Sequence record: PV112478.1
Strand: one strand, 5' to 3'
DNA length: 64,000 bases
The notes beneath the pieces were generated by a model that worked only from the letters and a program-made list of their open reading frames with translations, was not told the origin of the DNA and did not search any database. Position numbers and translations under genes: made by a program. Positions within the stretch are counted from its first letter, which is position 1, and each line of letters opens with the position of its first letter. Positions 34,756-43,523 of the stretch are shown piece by piece.

Positions 34756-35455
34756 CCCCCTGTTTATTCAAAAGAAATTGTTGGCACTTATTGATAACCG
34801 TCTCTTTATACTTTTCTGCGTGCTCAGCGCCGACTGCCGTATAAAAGTTAAGACCTTTAATGTATCGAACGTTTCGCTCTGTAAACTCTTCTCTGGTCTG
34901 TCCGAAACGAACCCCGATTTCCTGATAGAGTCCATCGAAAATCTCTTCGTCCAAATAGGTCATTGCGTACAGTTGGTCAGCATCACGAATGATGCCAAAC
35001 AAATAGCGCAATACGGACCCGCCAGGGTACTGTGGGAATGGGTCATCGAAGTCGTAATGCGTGAACCCGATCAAAAGCGTGACTAACGTTTTGTCTACTG
35101 TCGGAAATTGACGCCAGAACCCGAGTTGCTCAAGGCGTTGAAACGCGTGTTCAATATTCTTCCAGTCGTTCTTTTCTCCTTGATGACAGAAGTCATGAAG
35201 AAGTCCAGCAATAACAGCTGATTCACGATCCTTCTCAGTGAGCCTATAATAGGTCAAGCTGACATTTGAAAGTAAGTGACTCACCAGTACCCCTACGCCA
35301 ATTAAATGGCGTGTAGAGTGGTACGGACGGCTAATATTCTGCTCCTCTACCCATTGCATGATTTTACCGTACTGGTTAAAGAATTGACGTCCCCAGATCG
35401 GGCTGAAATCCTCTAACGCATACGTGGCCCAGAAGCTTGAAAAGTCAGTGTGCAT
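34727..35455 (-). CDS. HD-domain phosphohydrolase
   Basis: YHSTRH, AGLLHDFCH, IIRDAD. Confidence 0.85.
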   Translation of the reverse strand: MHTDFSSFWATYALEDFSPIWGRQFFNQYGKIMQWVEEQNISRPYHSTRHLIGVGVLVSHLLSNVSLTYYRLTEKDRESAVIAGLLHDFCHQGEKNDWKNIEHAFQRLEQLGFWRQFPTVDKTLVTLLIGFTHYDFDDPFPQYPGGSVLRYLFGIIRDADQLYAMTYLDEEIFDGLYQEIGVRFGQTREEFTERNVRYIKGLNFYTAVGAEHAEKYKETVINKCQQFLLNKQGDEHETVSGQ

Positions 35456-36161
35456 TTTTAACCTCGTTATACGCGTTGTTTACCGCCACCAACGTTTTGC
35501 TTACCGCTTCATTGTCTCGGAGGGTAAGCGGCCAGCTAGGATGCATGTTGATGTAATATTCGTTCTCGCCAGGAGCGAAGTCAATAAAGAATTTATGATC
35601 AACGTTCACTTCCGCAGAAAGCCGATTAATGGCGATATTGTAATGAACCCGACACCATGCTTTCTCCCCAATTGATTTTAGTTTGTCTGGGTTGATTAAT
35701 GGGTTGTTTAAGAAGGACTCAACTGTCCCTTTAAACGGGAGAATATTCATTTCGCCGTTAGAGGAATCCGTCGGTCCGCGATACAGTTTAACAGCATCCT
35801 GACAATACTCTTCTACCCGATCGCAATACGTCGCAATCAACGCTTCAGGTACTGTCGAGAGTTTGTCAGTGAGTTTATCAATCAGTACCGCGGTATCGGC
35901 TTCATCTGACCGGACCATGACCATCGGAAACCATTTATTCAGTAGACAGAAGAAACGGGGGTCTACGCCGTGATTAACGAGGTAAGAAACGAATTCAGTG
36001 GTAGCGATCCCCGCTACCCAGCCGTAGGGCTTAAAGGTACCCGGAGGAGCCCATTCTTCATCAGACCAAAAGTCACGGAGATGAACCTCATCCCTTTTTA
36101 AACGTTGAATAAAGAAAGTGAATTCTGGTTTCTGGTTCAGGAAACGTTCGATGAGTCGCAT
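35445..36161 (-). CDS. Hypothetical protein
   Basis: Tiling. Confidence 0.7.
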   Translation of the reverse strand: MRLIERFLNQKPEFTFFIQRLKRDEVHLRDFWSDEEWAPPGTFKPYGWVAGIATTEFVSYLVNHGVDPRFFCLLNKWFPMVMVRSDEADTAVLIDKLTDKLSTVPEALIATYCDRVEEYCQDAVKLYRGPTDSSNGEMNILPFKGTVESFLNNPLINPDKLKSIGEKAWCRVHYNIAINRLSAEVNVDHKFFIDFAPGENEYYINMHPSWPLTLRDNEAVSKTLVAVNNAYNEVKNAH

Positions 36162-36643
36162 GGTTTGTCCTCGAGATGAAAACGCAGTTTAAAGGTAGGG
36201 AACGGTGCAGGTTCATCTGAGTGAATGAGCGGTAACGAATCAATGATTTCGATCCTTACTGCTTTCAGATTAAACCCGATTAACACTTTAAAGTCCACTA
36301 AGGCATTAATAAAGGTGGCCGTAAAATCGGTCTTTAATACGGTATTAGAATTGTCCGGGTAAATCGTATCATTGACCAATATCTCAAATTCTCTTTCGAC
36401 AGGTTCTTTTTGATCGGATGAATCCACAAGGCGTTTAACTGAGAGCAGATCGACTTTGGTCAACACTTTATTTTCGGGGATAAGGTGTTTGAACTTCTTA
36501 ATTCGATCGTCAGTAATAATCAGATCGAAGAACGGGTAATCGGCTGTTTCAGTTTGTTTTTCGACCAGTCGCTGAATCTCTTTGACTTTAACAGTGTCGG
36601 AAGCCATACTCCCTAATACGCGTTTGATATCGTCAATTAACAC
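36137..36643 (-). CDS. Hypothetical protein, first gene of early operon
   Basis: AAGGAG RBS, downstream of promoter at 36678. Confidence 0.72.
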   Translation of the reverse strand: MLIDDIKRVLGSMASDTVKVKEIQRLVEKQTETADYPFFDLIITDDRIKKFKHLIPENKVLTKVDLLSVKRLVDSSDQKEPVEREFEILVNDTIYPDNSNTVLKTDFTATFINALVDFKVLIGFNLKAVRIEIIDSLPLIHSDEPAPFPTFKLRFHLEDKPCDSSNVS

Positions 36644-36668
36644 GTTAGTCTCCTTTAGTAATAATTGT

Positions 36669-36697
36669 TACATACTGGTGATATAGACTTGAAAACA
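36669..36697 (-). promoter_or_regulatory. Putative early promoter, copy 5
   Basis: tgttttcaa-GTCTATATCAC-cagta-TGTA. Confidence 0.8.
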
Positions 36698-36727
36698 AAT
36701 CCAAAAGAAAAAAAGAGAACATAGAAC

Positions 36728-36755
36728 CTTCCTCTCTCCCGAAGGAGAGAGGAAG
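36728..36755 (-). terminator. Intrinsic terminator, UUCG loop
   Basis: CTTCCTCTCTCC-cgaa-GGAGAGAGGAAG. Confidence 0.8.
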
Positions 36756-36762
36756 CGTCAAA

Positions 36763-37167
36763 CTATAGTTGCTGACCCATGGCCGCCGCTACAATCACTG
36801 CAACGAAGATCGAAACAACACCGGAAAGAATATACCAGACAAACCACAGGCGGGAGTTACCGTTGCGGTTTTGGCGTTTATAGACATAAACCGGGGAGAG
36901 CAGCCACCACCAACCCGATGGGACAAAGGCCCCTTCTTTCTTCAGCATTTCACGGTCGGTGATGAACCAACCCGTAAACAGCATCAGTGAGATCAGCCAG
37001 CCAATGGTTGGTAAGGCGACCTGAATCGCAGTGAAGATCGGCTGTGAGAAAATGATGAAAAGCATGAAGAACGGCGTCATCAGCTGAGGCTTAGTGCCTT
37101 TCTTGAAGAAAGTGTAACCGTTCGCGTTTTGGTATTGGATTTCTGTTTCAATAGTGTTCTGGGACAT
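36763..37167 (-). CDS. Monocistronic early multi-pass membrane protein
   Basis: About 4 TM segments; PSGWWWLLSPVYVYKR; own promoter and terminator. Confidence 0.8.
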   Translation of the reverse strand: MSQNTIETEIQYQNANGYTFFKKGTKPQLMTPFFMLFIIFSQPIFTAIQVALPTIGWLISLMLFTGWFITDREMLKKEGAFVPSGWWWLLSPVYVYKRQNRNGNSRLWFVWYILSGVVSIFVAVIVAAAMGQQL

Positions 37168-37229
37168 TTTATTACTCGCTTAGTTAAAGGTTGTTGTTAA
37201 ATGATTTTACAAGACTTATCTGTCGTATA

Positions 37230-37258
37230 TGCATTGAAGTGATATAGATGTTAAATTA
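37230..37258 (-). promoter_or_regulatory. Putative early promoter, copy 6
   Basis: taatttaac-ATCTATATCAC-ttcaa-TGCA. Confidence 0.75.
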
Positions 37259-37802
37259 TTTCGATATTGAAGGTGGGTTCTGGGATGCCTTTAAAAGCGC
37301 ATTCGTTACTGACGAGCTCACTCAGACCGCCGCCGATATAAACATCTTTAAGTCCGCGTTTGCTGTAAGTACGTTTGCCGATGGGGCTTTCTGCGGAGCA
37401 ATCGTTCCGGAAAAGAAGATAAATTCTTTGCCCATCAAAATCGGTGTAGATTGAATAATCAGTAACGTCTTCTTGTTCGCCAGGTTCAGCAAAACAAAAA
37501 TCAATAACGTTCGCGGAGAGTAGCCAGAAAAACCGAAGGTATTCCCGTAACAGATCGCTATGAATGGCAGAGAACTCGCCGCCTTTGTTAATTTTTTCTA
37601 TCATCTCTTTAACCGGAACTTCAGAAGAGGGCGAACCAACACCGTGAAGATCCCCTAGGATTTCCCACGCTGGATCGTTATCTCGTTGAACAAAAAGAAA
37701 CTCTCCGCTTTTCTCGTCATACATCACCGACGCCAACTCGGATTCGAGAAGTTTTAACCCTGCACGGTAATTCTCAATTAAAGAAGTTTCTGTGTTTTCC
37801 AT
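37251..37802 (-). CDS. Hypothetical protein
   Basis: Tiling. Confidence 0.7.
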   Translation of the reverse strand: MENTETSLIENYRAGLKLLESELASVMYDEKSGEFLFVQRDNDPAWEILGDLHGVGSPSSEVPVKEMIEKINKGGEFSAIHSDLLREYLRFFWLLSANVIDFCFAEPGEQEDVTDYSIYTDFDGQRIYLLFRNDCSAESPIGKRTYSKRGLKDVYIGGGLSELVSNECAFKGIPEPTFNIEII

Positions 37803-38231
37803 TTAAAATACCTCTATTTGTAAAAAGTTTTGATGGGGGTTGACTTCTAGTTCAAACTGAACATCGTCATCTGAGATGTAGCCCCCAAGATCAATTTTCT
37901 CAAAGAAAAATCGATAGATCGTTGGCCACCCGCAATAAACATCGATATGTTGAGAAAACTTCTCAAAGACCTCGTATAACCTCTCGCCTTCATCAGGCCC
38001 TATTTTCTTAGTTTCATCATCGAAATAAGACGGTTCAATAAATTGATGATAGGCTTGCTCTGAAAACGCCTGATGTAAAATTTTCCCAGCATACTTTGAA
38101 TCTGCGTTTTCAGCGGTAAGAATGACAGCCCAGAAAAGGGCTGTCATGACGTAAATGCGGTCATCAGGATCCTTGATCTTCCGCAGACCCATCGAGAGTC
38201 TCTCCGGAATCCCCAAAATGAACGTTCCCAT
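37803..38231 (-). CDS. Hypothetical protein
   Basis: Tiling. Confidence 0.65.
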   Translation of the reverse strand: MGTFILGIPERLSMGLRKIKDPDDRIYVMTALFWAVILTAENADSKYAGKILHQAFSEQAYHQFIEPSYFDDETKKIGPDEGERLYEVFEKFSQHIDVYCGWPTIYRFFFEKIDLGGYISDDDVQFELEVNPHQNFLQIEVF

Positions 38232-39402
38232 CTTTTTCCTTTATCCTCATGATAAACGAGTAGCAATAACTGATCTTTCTGCCAAATCTCCGGAGATGAT
38301 CACGGTCTAAAGAGTCAGTCACGTTAGGAATCAAACCCGTGGACAAGAAACTTTCGTCAAAAATTTCTACGTCTTTACCGTAATCAGAAAAGAAACCACG
38401 GAGATTGACTTCGAGACGCTCGATCAAACGAGATATGTCTAGTTCAACTTCGGGTATCGTTAATCTAAGGTTAAGAACAAAGTCATTCTTGTCCAAGGTT
38501 AAAGAAGCATCGAGTACAAAAGATTGATCCATTGTTAAATCGATAATCGATTGACCTTTTAACTCCATAACGGAAATGTTCTGTAACGTTGTCTCAGAAA
38601 GGTAGTCCGAGATTTTCCGCGAGAAAAAGCCGATGCTATCGACGTACTCTTTTTCCAACTTCCTCTTCATTTCGTTGGTGAATGACAAAAGTTGATGATA
38701 AACCTCTACCGGTTTTCCTTTTGCCGAGAATTTATTTACGTCAGCATCAGGTAAACAAAAGATGATTTCCTCGGACTTTTCATCTCTACTGGAAAAAATG
38801 TCCCAAGGGGAATTAAGGGTAACATACCCAAGATCGTTGGAAAGCGTATCTGTTATCCACTTTTTCCAATGCCATTCAATGGCGGAGCTATTCTGATCGT
38901 TAATAGACGATCGAATAATGGTTCGGATATCCGAACCATTCAGACCCGGGAAAGACTGAGTAACCTGAATCCTAATCGCATCTTCCCATTCCCACCCAAA
39001 CGTAGGGATTTCTACCGTAATACGCCACAGTCCCATGAAATCCCGCGTCAATGAAAACTTTACACTGTTTTCTGGGAAAATTGAGTCCGCTTCATTTCTC
39101 AGTAAGAATCCCTCCTTCGTCGTTTGAACAAGCATATCTTGATTACTCGATAATAGCTCACGCAACAAAGTTAAAGACTCTTCGCCGGGATAAAGTTGCT
39201 TAGCCATTTCTTCTTGAATTTCTTTTACTTTCTCCCTGATCAAATTGTCATCAATCACCGAGTAAGAAAGAGAAGACTTTCCTTTATTTTTTACTAAAAC
39301 AAAATAGATCGAAGTCACGCCGGCACCAATTAATGCCAAGACCCCTAGCGCAAAAAGAATATCAGTCATTTGCTTTACCTTTTGAGAATTCAACGAATTC
39401 AC
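38164..39402 (-). CDS. Membrane-anchored hypothetical protein
   Basis: N-terminal TM (ILFALGVLALIGAGVTSIYFVL); start probably MTDIL. Confidence 0.75.
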   Translation of the reverse strand: MNSLNSQKVKQMTDILFALGVLALIGAGVTSIYFVLVKNKGKSSLSYSVIDDNLIREKVKEIQEEMAKQLYPGEESLTLLRELLSSNQDMLVQTTKEGFLLRNEADSIFPENSVKFSLTRDFMGLWRITVEIPTFGWEWEDAIRIQVTQSFPGLNGSDIRTIIRSSINDQNSSAIEWHWKKWITDTLSNDLGYVTLNSPWDIFSSRDEKSEEIIFCLPDADVNKFSAKGKPVEVYHQLLSFTNEMKRKLEKEYVDSIGFFSRKISDYLSETTLQNISVMELKGQSIIDLTMDQSFVLDASLTLDKNDFVLNLRLTIPEVELDISRLIERLEVNLRGFFSDYGKDVEIFDESFLSTGLIPNVTDSLDRDHLRRFGRKISYCYSFIMRIKEKDGNVHFGDSGETLDGSAEDQGS

Positions 39403-39568
39403 CCGCGAACTGAATCAGCTCAGCACCGTTCGGTTGAGTATCGGTATTTAACATACCGGCTGCGACGAGGACATCGTATAATGCCTCGGCTAATAACTGA
39501 CGCTGATGAAAAACATCAGCAGGATCATTATCGGGCAGATAGACTTTAGACATGTTAAACTTCTCCAA
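39362..39568 (-). CDS. Small hypothetical protein
   Basis: Tiling. Confidence 0.6.
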   Translation of the reverse strand: MEKFNMSKVYLPDNDPADVFHQRQLLAEALYDVLVAAGMLNTDTQPNGAELIQFAGEFVEFSKGKAND

Positions 39569-39573
39569 TATTG

Positions 39574-40023
39574 TTAGTGCTTATCTTTTACTACCACCGA
39601 GGCTTTCTCGGGGTCTGTGTCGTGCGCCAAAGAAATGTTTCCCAGCTCTTCACGGAAGGCGTAGTTCAGGGTTGTCGTTGTCGAATCGTTTTGGATGATA
39701 TCTACCACACCGCTTTTCTCGTTCTGACTTTGAATAGTTAAATCAATACTTTCCCATTCAACGATATCCAATTCACGGTTAGACGACAAGAACCAAACGT
39801 TATCGCCTACAGCCTCTTCATTGTCCATGAAAACGGCCAGATAACGTTCACCGGGAACTAAGTGAGTGAAACGATCGCTGGCAATCCAGAAGGGGATGAG
39901 TACATTACCAAATTTCAAGACAAGATTGGCCTGCTCGCCTTTGTCATTGAGGGGGACTTCGTTAGGGTTCAGTTCCATGTTATTCTCCTCCAAAAGATTG
40001 TTGTATGGCAGTACGAATATCAA
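39574..40023 (-). CDS. Hypothetical protein
   Basis: Likely start at MELNP (GGAG RBS). Confidence 0.65.
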   Translation of the reverse strand: MIFVLPYNNLLEENNMELNPNEVPLNDKGEQANLVLKFGNVLIPFWIASDRFTHLVPGERYLAVFMDNEEAVGDNVWFLSSNRELDIVEWESIDLTIQSQNEKSGVVDIIQNDSTTTTLNYAFREELGNISLAHDTDPEKASVVVKDKH

Positions 40024-40897
40024 TAGTTGGGAGAGGAATGATTACATCCCAATCTAAATCGGGTCGTACGGCAATAAACGCACTACGACGTTTCTGTAGT
40101 TCTACTTTTAAAAGGTCGTCATCTTTAAAAAGGTACCCCTTCTCTAAGAGATCAAACACTTCTATTTCACCTACGCCGAATTCATCAACTAAAGCCCAGA
40201 ATATTTCATATCCTTTTACAGATAACCATCCGCCCGCTGACCCGCCATGTTCCTCCCAATCTAAATTACCAAGCTGATAAGCCACCCAAAAATAAACCGG
40301 CTGAGGTAATCTCGTCCAGATCACCCCTCGTTTTTCATAAAGGTCTGTTGTATCCGTTTTAGTAGGGGAGACAGCACGTTTACGTAAAGCGAGATGGGTC
40401 ATGAATTTGAATAAGAACCACTTACTATTACGTTTAGCGGCGTCTGGGATACTGAGAGTTGAGGTGAAATCCCCGGGGACTTCGTCGTCGCCGTCCGGAC
40501 AGATCTCAATATGTTTTTCGACAAAAAGTATCGTGAGTTTACCCAAATTTGTTAAGTTCCCTTCGGGGGTAATAATACCCTGACGAATCGCTGTTTCCGT
40601 GAAAAACTCCACGCCACCAGGGTACCCCATGTAATCCATTTTTGTCCCTGACACAACAGCATTAATCTGAGCTAACCAAAATACCTGTGCCTCGAAAGGC
40701 ATACCGCAGCCGCAAAAGCCGAGAACGTCGTAAAGGAAGTACTGCTTAGCATCGTCTAAAACTGTTTCCACTCCGTTAAGAATAATGGGGGAATTATCTC
40801 CCCAATCCTCTTTTAGTTCGAAAGTTGGCGTTTCCAGCAATGGAATAATTGGATTTTTGCCACGGATATTACCATATTTAATTTCAATACTTTCCAT
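39980..40897 (-). CDS. Hypothetical protein with CGCG and EHGGS motifs
   Basis: LGFCGCGMP; WEEHGGSAGGWLS. Confidence 0.72.
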   Translation of the reverse strand: MESIEIKYGNIRGKNPIIPLLETPTFELKEDWGDNSPIILNGVETVLDDAKQYFLYDVLGFCGCGMPFEAQVFWLAQINAVVSGTKMDYMGYPGGVEFFTETAIRQGIITPEGNLTNLGKLTILFVEKHIEICPDGDDEVPGDFTSTLSIPDAAKRNSKWFLFKFMTHLALRKRAVSPTKTDTTDLYEKRGVIWTRLPQPVYFWVAYQLGNLDWEEHGGSAGGWLSVKGYEIFWALVDEFGVGEIEVFDLLEKGYLFKDDDLLKVELQKRRSAFIAVRPDLDWDVIIPLPTIDIRTAIQQSFGGE

Positions 40898-40906
40898 CTT
40901 TTTTCC

Positions 40907-41263
40907 TCAGTGCAGTTTTCGTTTATCGTCTTCGGTCAATCTATACCGCATCTTGATAGGCGGGTCATTATTGAATAAAGCGTCTAGCGTCACTGTTGTT
41001 TCGTCTTTATCCATAACCCGAACCCATGTGAAAATATATTCCGAATCGGGCTCGTTGATATACTTTAACACCCGCGCCATAAAGGGCATCTCAAGGTCTT
41101 CGTCACAAAACATTGGATTGACGTAAACTCCTATCGAGAGAGGTTCGTTTAAACGGGATAACAGGTAAACTTTCCCTACTTCCATTCCGGATGGACCGCC
41201 TTCAACGGGGTAAAAGTTGACATCGCCAACGTTGGACTTTAACACCATAATTGCTTCGCGCAT
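40907..41263 (-). CDS. Hypothetical protein
   Basis: GGAGG RBS. Confidence 0.7.
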   Translation of the reverse strand: MREAIMVLKSNVGDVNFYPVEGGPSGMEVGKVYLLSRLNEPLSIGVYVNPMFCDEDLEMPFMARVLKYINEPDSEYIFTWVRVMDKDETTVTLDALFNNDPPIKMRYRLTEDDKRKLH

Positions 41264-41310
41264 AAATCAAACCCTCCTTTCATTCAGACCAATTGACGAG
41301 AAAATAAAAA

Positions 41311-41332
41311 AGGAGAGACCGAAGCCTCTCCT
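41311..41332 (-). terminator. Intrinsic terminator
   Basis: AGGAGAG...CTCTCCT with U-tract on minus strand. Confidence 0.65.
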
Positions 41333-41365
41333 CATGGTAATAAGAGAACATTCTCTTTGTGAAGA

Positions 41366-41878
41366 CTACCCTAAAATCTTAATTAGTCGCTGGTTAACAG
41401 AGACTAAGACAGGATCATCTAATAAATTGTTACCGTAGAAGTAAACGTATTCGTTACCTTTGTCGTCCGGGATAACAGTAAATGAAATGGCGGCGATATC
41501 CTCCAAACCAGTATAAAACCAACCCTGTGTAATTCCAGTAGGAACTTGGTCGGTGCGCAATGCCATTGGCATTAGCGTATCGTAACCGCCTATCGCCATC
41601 ACTACTGTCACGCATTTCACACCTTCGACAACCCTCTGATTCATTTCAGTGACGGAACGAATTTGATCAAAGAGATGACTCTGTGGCAGATGAGTGAATT
41701 GCGTATAAGTGGCGATATCACATGAGAACATTCCTTTGTAAAGGTCCCCGTTCACTAACTCAACACCTTTCGGCAATAAAAACACTTTGTTGAGTACAGT
41801 TCCTCCTGTCTCAGAAAGACTACTTGTTTTCAATAGTGCGTGAATCTCTGAGACCGTCATCTCTTTTATTTTACCCAT
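41366..41878 (-). CDS. Hypothetical protein
   Basis: Tiling. Confidence 0.7.
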   Translation of the reverse strand: MGKIKEMTVSEIHALLKTSSLSETGGTVLNKVFLLPKGVELVNGDLYKGMFSCDIATYTQFTHLPQSHLFDQIRSVTEMNQRVVEGVKCVTVVMAIGGYDTLMPMALRTDQVPTGITQGWFYTGLEDIAAISFTVIPDDKGNEYVYFYGNNLLDDPVLVSVNQRLIKILG

Positions 41879-41881
41879 GAC

Positions 41882-42307
41882 TTATTCCCCTTTCAATCGG
41901 GTCGCTTCCATCACTGGAAGGTTCGCTTCAGTCGGGACGTAGATCACTTGGTTTTTAGTTTGCTGTAAACTATCTACCCACAGGTAACGGAGATACGCTT
42001 CGTTGTTCTTCAAGCTGTCGCCGATGATCTTGTTCGCCTTGGCAACACCACCTGCACGAATAACCTCCGCCTCCGCCAAACTCTTAGCAGACTCTTTCTT
42101 AGCTTCTGCTTCCTGTACGGCGATCTGACGATCCTGCGTGGCTTTCATCAGAGCGGCTTTCCCCGCCATTCCCTGCTGCCATACATTGTAGTACGGGCAC
42201 CCCGCCATCAGCAGCACTATAAATGCAACAATGCCGATAGCTACCCATTTACCTACCTTCTTTAATAACGACTTTACGTCGAAATCATTATCAGCGTAAC
42301 GATTCAT
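41882..42307 (-). CDS. Membrane protein with SPFH/band-7-like coiled-coil C-terminus
   Basis: TM helix then G.A.L..A...QEAEAK..AEAE.IRA.G.A.AN..I..SL...YL.Y.W...L..IYVPTE. Confidence 0.75.
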   Translation of the reverse strand: MNRYADNDFDVKSLLKKVGKWVAIGIVAFIVLLMAGCPYYNVWQQGMAGKAALMKATQDRQIAVQEAEAKKESAKSLAEAEVIRAGGVAKANKIIGDSLKNNEAYLRYLWVDSLQQTKNQVIYVPTEANLPVMEATRLKGE

Positions 42308-42338
42308 TTTGTTTTCCTGTTAGTTTACTCTAAAAGAA

Positions 42339-43028
42339 TTACTTATTGGTTTTGGTGATATACCACTTCCAAAGGCCGTAGAAAGCATTCATCAAGAATA
42401 CTGCCCACTGTGCCACCTGCGCCCATGAACCCGGTTGATTAAGCGCCGGGATCACCCACAGATAAATCGTGACGCAGTTGATAATGATCCAGAGAATCCA
42501 TTGCTCTGGCTGCTGCTTGATCATCATCCACATGGCGATGAGCGATGCGACTAAGCAGAATGCGTCTAAGGCAGGAAACGGATCCTGCGTCGTTTTAAGG
42601 TATTCGGTCAGGCCATACCAGAAGATAACCCCAACAACCAGATAAGTTATCACGTCACGTAAAGTGATCGTTTTAACCGCTACGTCCGCTTTCGCTGGCG
42701 TTTTACCCAGATCTTTCGTCCAGTAATAGATACCGATGAATTGCATGGGTAAATAAATAGCGTTTAGCGCCGCATTCGCGTAGAGTCCGGTATTGTACGA
42801 AACAATACCGTAGGTAATTACACCAATCGTCCCCCAGTAATAATTAGAGACGCGACCCTTCGCCACCAGAATCACGCAGACAACGTTGGTTAGCGCTGCC
42901 GTGAATTCTAACGGACTGGCTTGCCAGCTCCCCAATCCGACGACGATTAACGCTACGATCAGCCAAAAGTATTCGACTTTCTTCCAGTGCGCAAAGTCAG
43001 TGAAAGTTTTCATTACCAGTGAGTTCAT
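42339..43028 (-). CDS. pnuC: PnuC nicotinamide riboside transporter
   Basis: About 7 TMs; CVILVAKG.VSNY, GLYANA.L, G.YYW, PALDAF, QW.LWI..N. Confidence 0.92.
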   Translation of the reverse strand: MNSLVMKTFTDFAHWKKVEYFWLIVALIVVGLGSWQASPLEFTAALTNVVCVILVAKGRVSNYYWGTIGVITYGIVSYNTGLYANAALNAIYLPMQFIGIYYWTKDLGKTPAKADVAVKTITLRDVITYLVVGVIFWYGLTEYLKTTQDPFPALDAFCLVASLIAMWMMIKQQPEQWILWIIINCVTIYLWVIPALNQPGSWAQVAQWAVFLMNAFYGLWKWYITKTNK

Positions 43029-43031
43029 TTA

Positions 43032-43502
43032 TTATTCCTCAATTTTAATACGGCGAAGGGTATATGCGCCGATGTCAGAATTCAGGGTGCGGAACTTATC
43101 AATGAAGATACTGATTCCGTCTACGTCCTCATAAACGAAAACAGACATATCAGCTTGGCTGTCGATGCGCAGCGATGTATAGTATCTACTGAAATATCCA
43201 TCAACGTCATCAGGGAAACGATTCTTGTTCATCAACTCATGATAAAACATAATGGCCCCGCTATTTCTGGCGATATCTCGAATTTCGCGGAGTGTTTTCA
43301 TCACAGCTTCTTTGTTATCGCAGGTAGGGCTCAGGGTAAAATGAATATCTTCTGGCGCTTCCTCATCTTTACAGAATAGTCCGGCTATCTTTTGTGCAAC
43401 ATTATTTTGGTTAGTTCCATAGATCGTTTTGATGATCACTAACCCACCGCTTTGGAAAAGTCCAGTTTTACGGAAAATAGTGTTTAATTCAGAAATTTTC
43501 AT
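43032..43502 (-). CDS. Hypothetical protein
   Basis: Between nadR and pnuC; GAGG RBS. Confidence 0.7.
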   Translation of the reverse strand: MKISELNTIFRKTGLFQSGGLVIIKTIYGTNQNNVAQKIAGLFCKDEEAPEDIHFTLSPTCDNKEAVMKTLREIRDIARNSGAIMFYHELMNKNRFPDDVDGYFSRYYTSLRIDSQADMSVFVYEDVDGISIFIDKFRTLNSDIGAYTLRRIKIEE

Positions 43503-43523
43503 TTATAACCTCTAAGATCTTAA

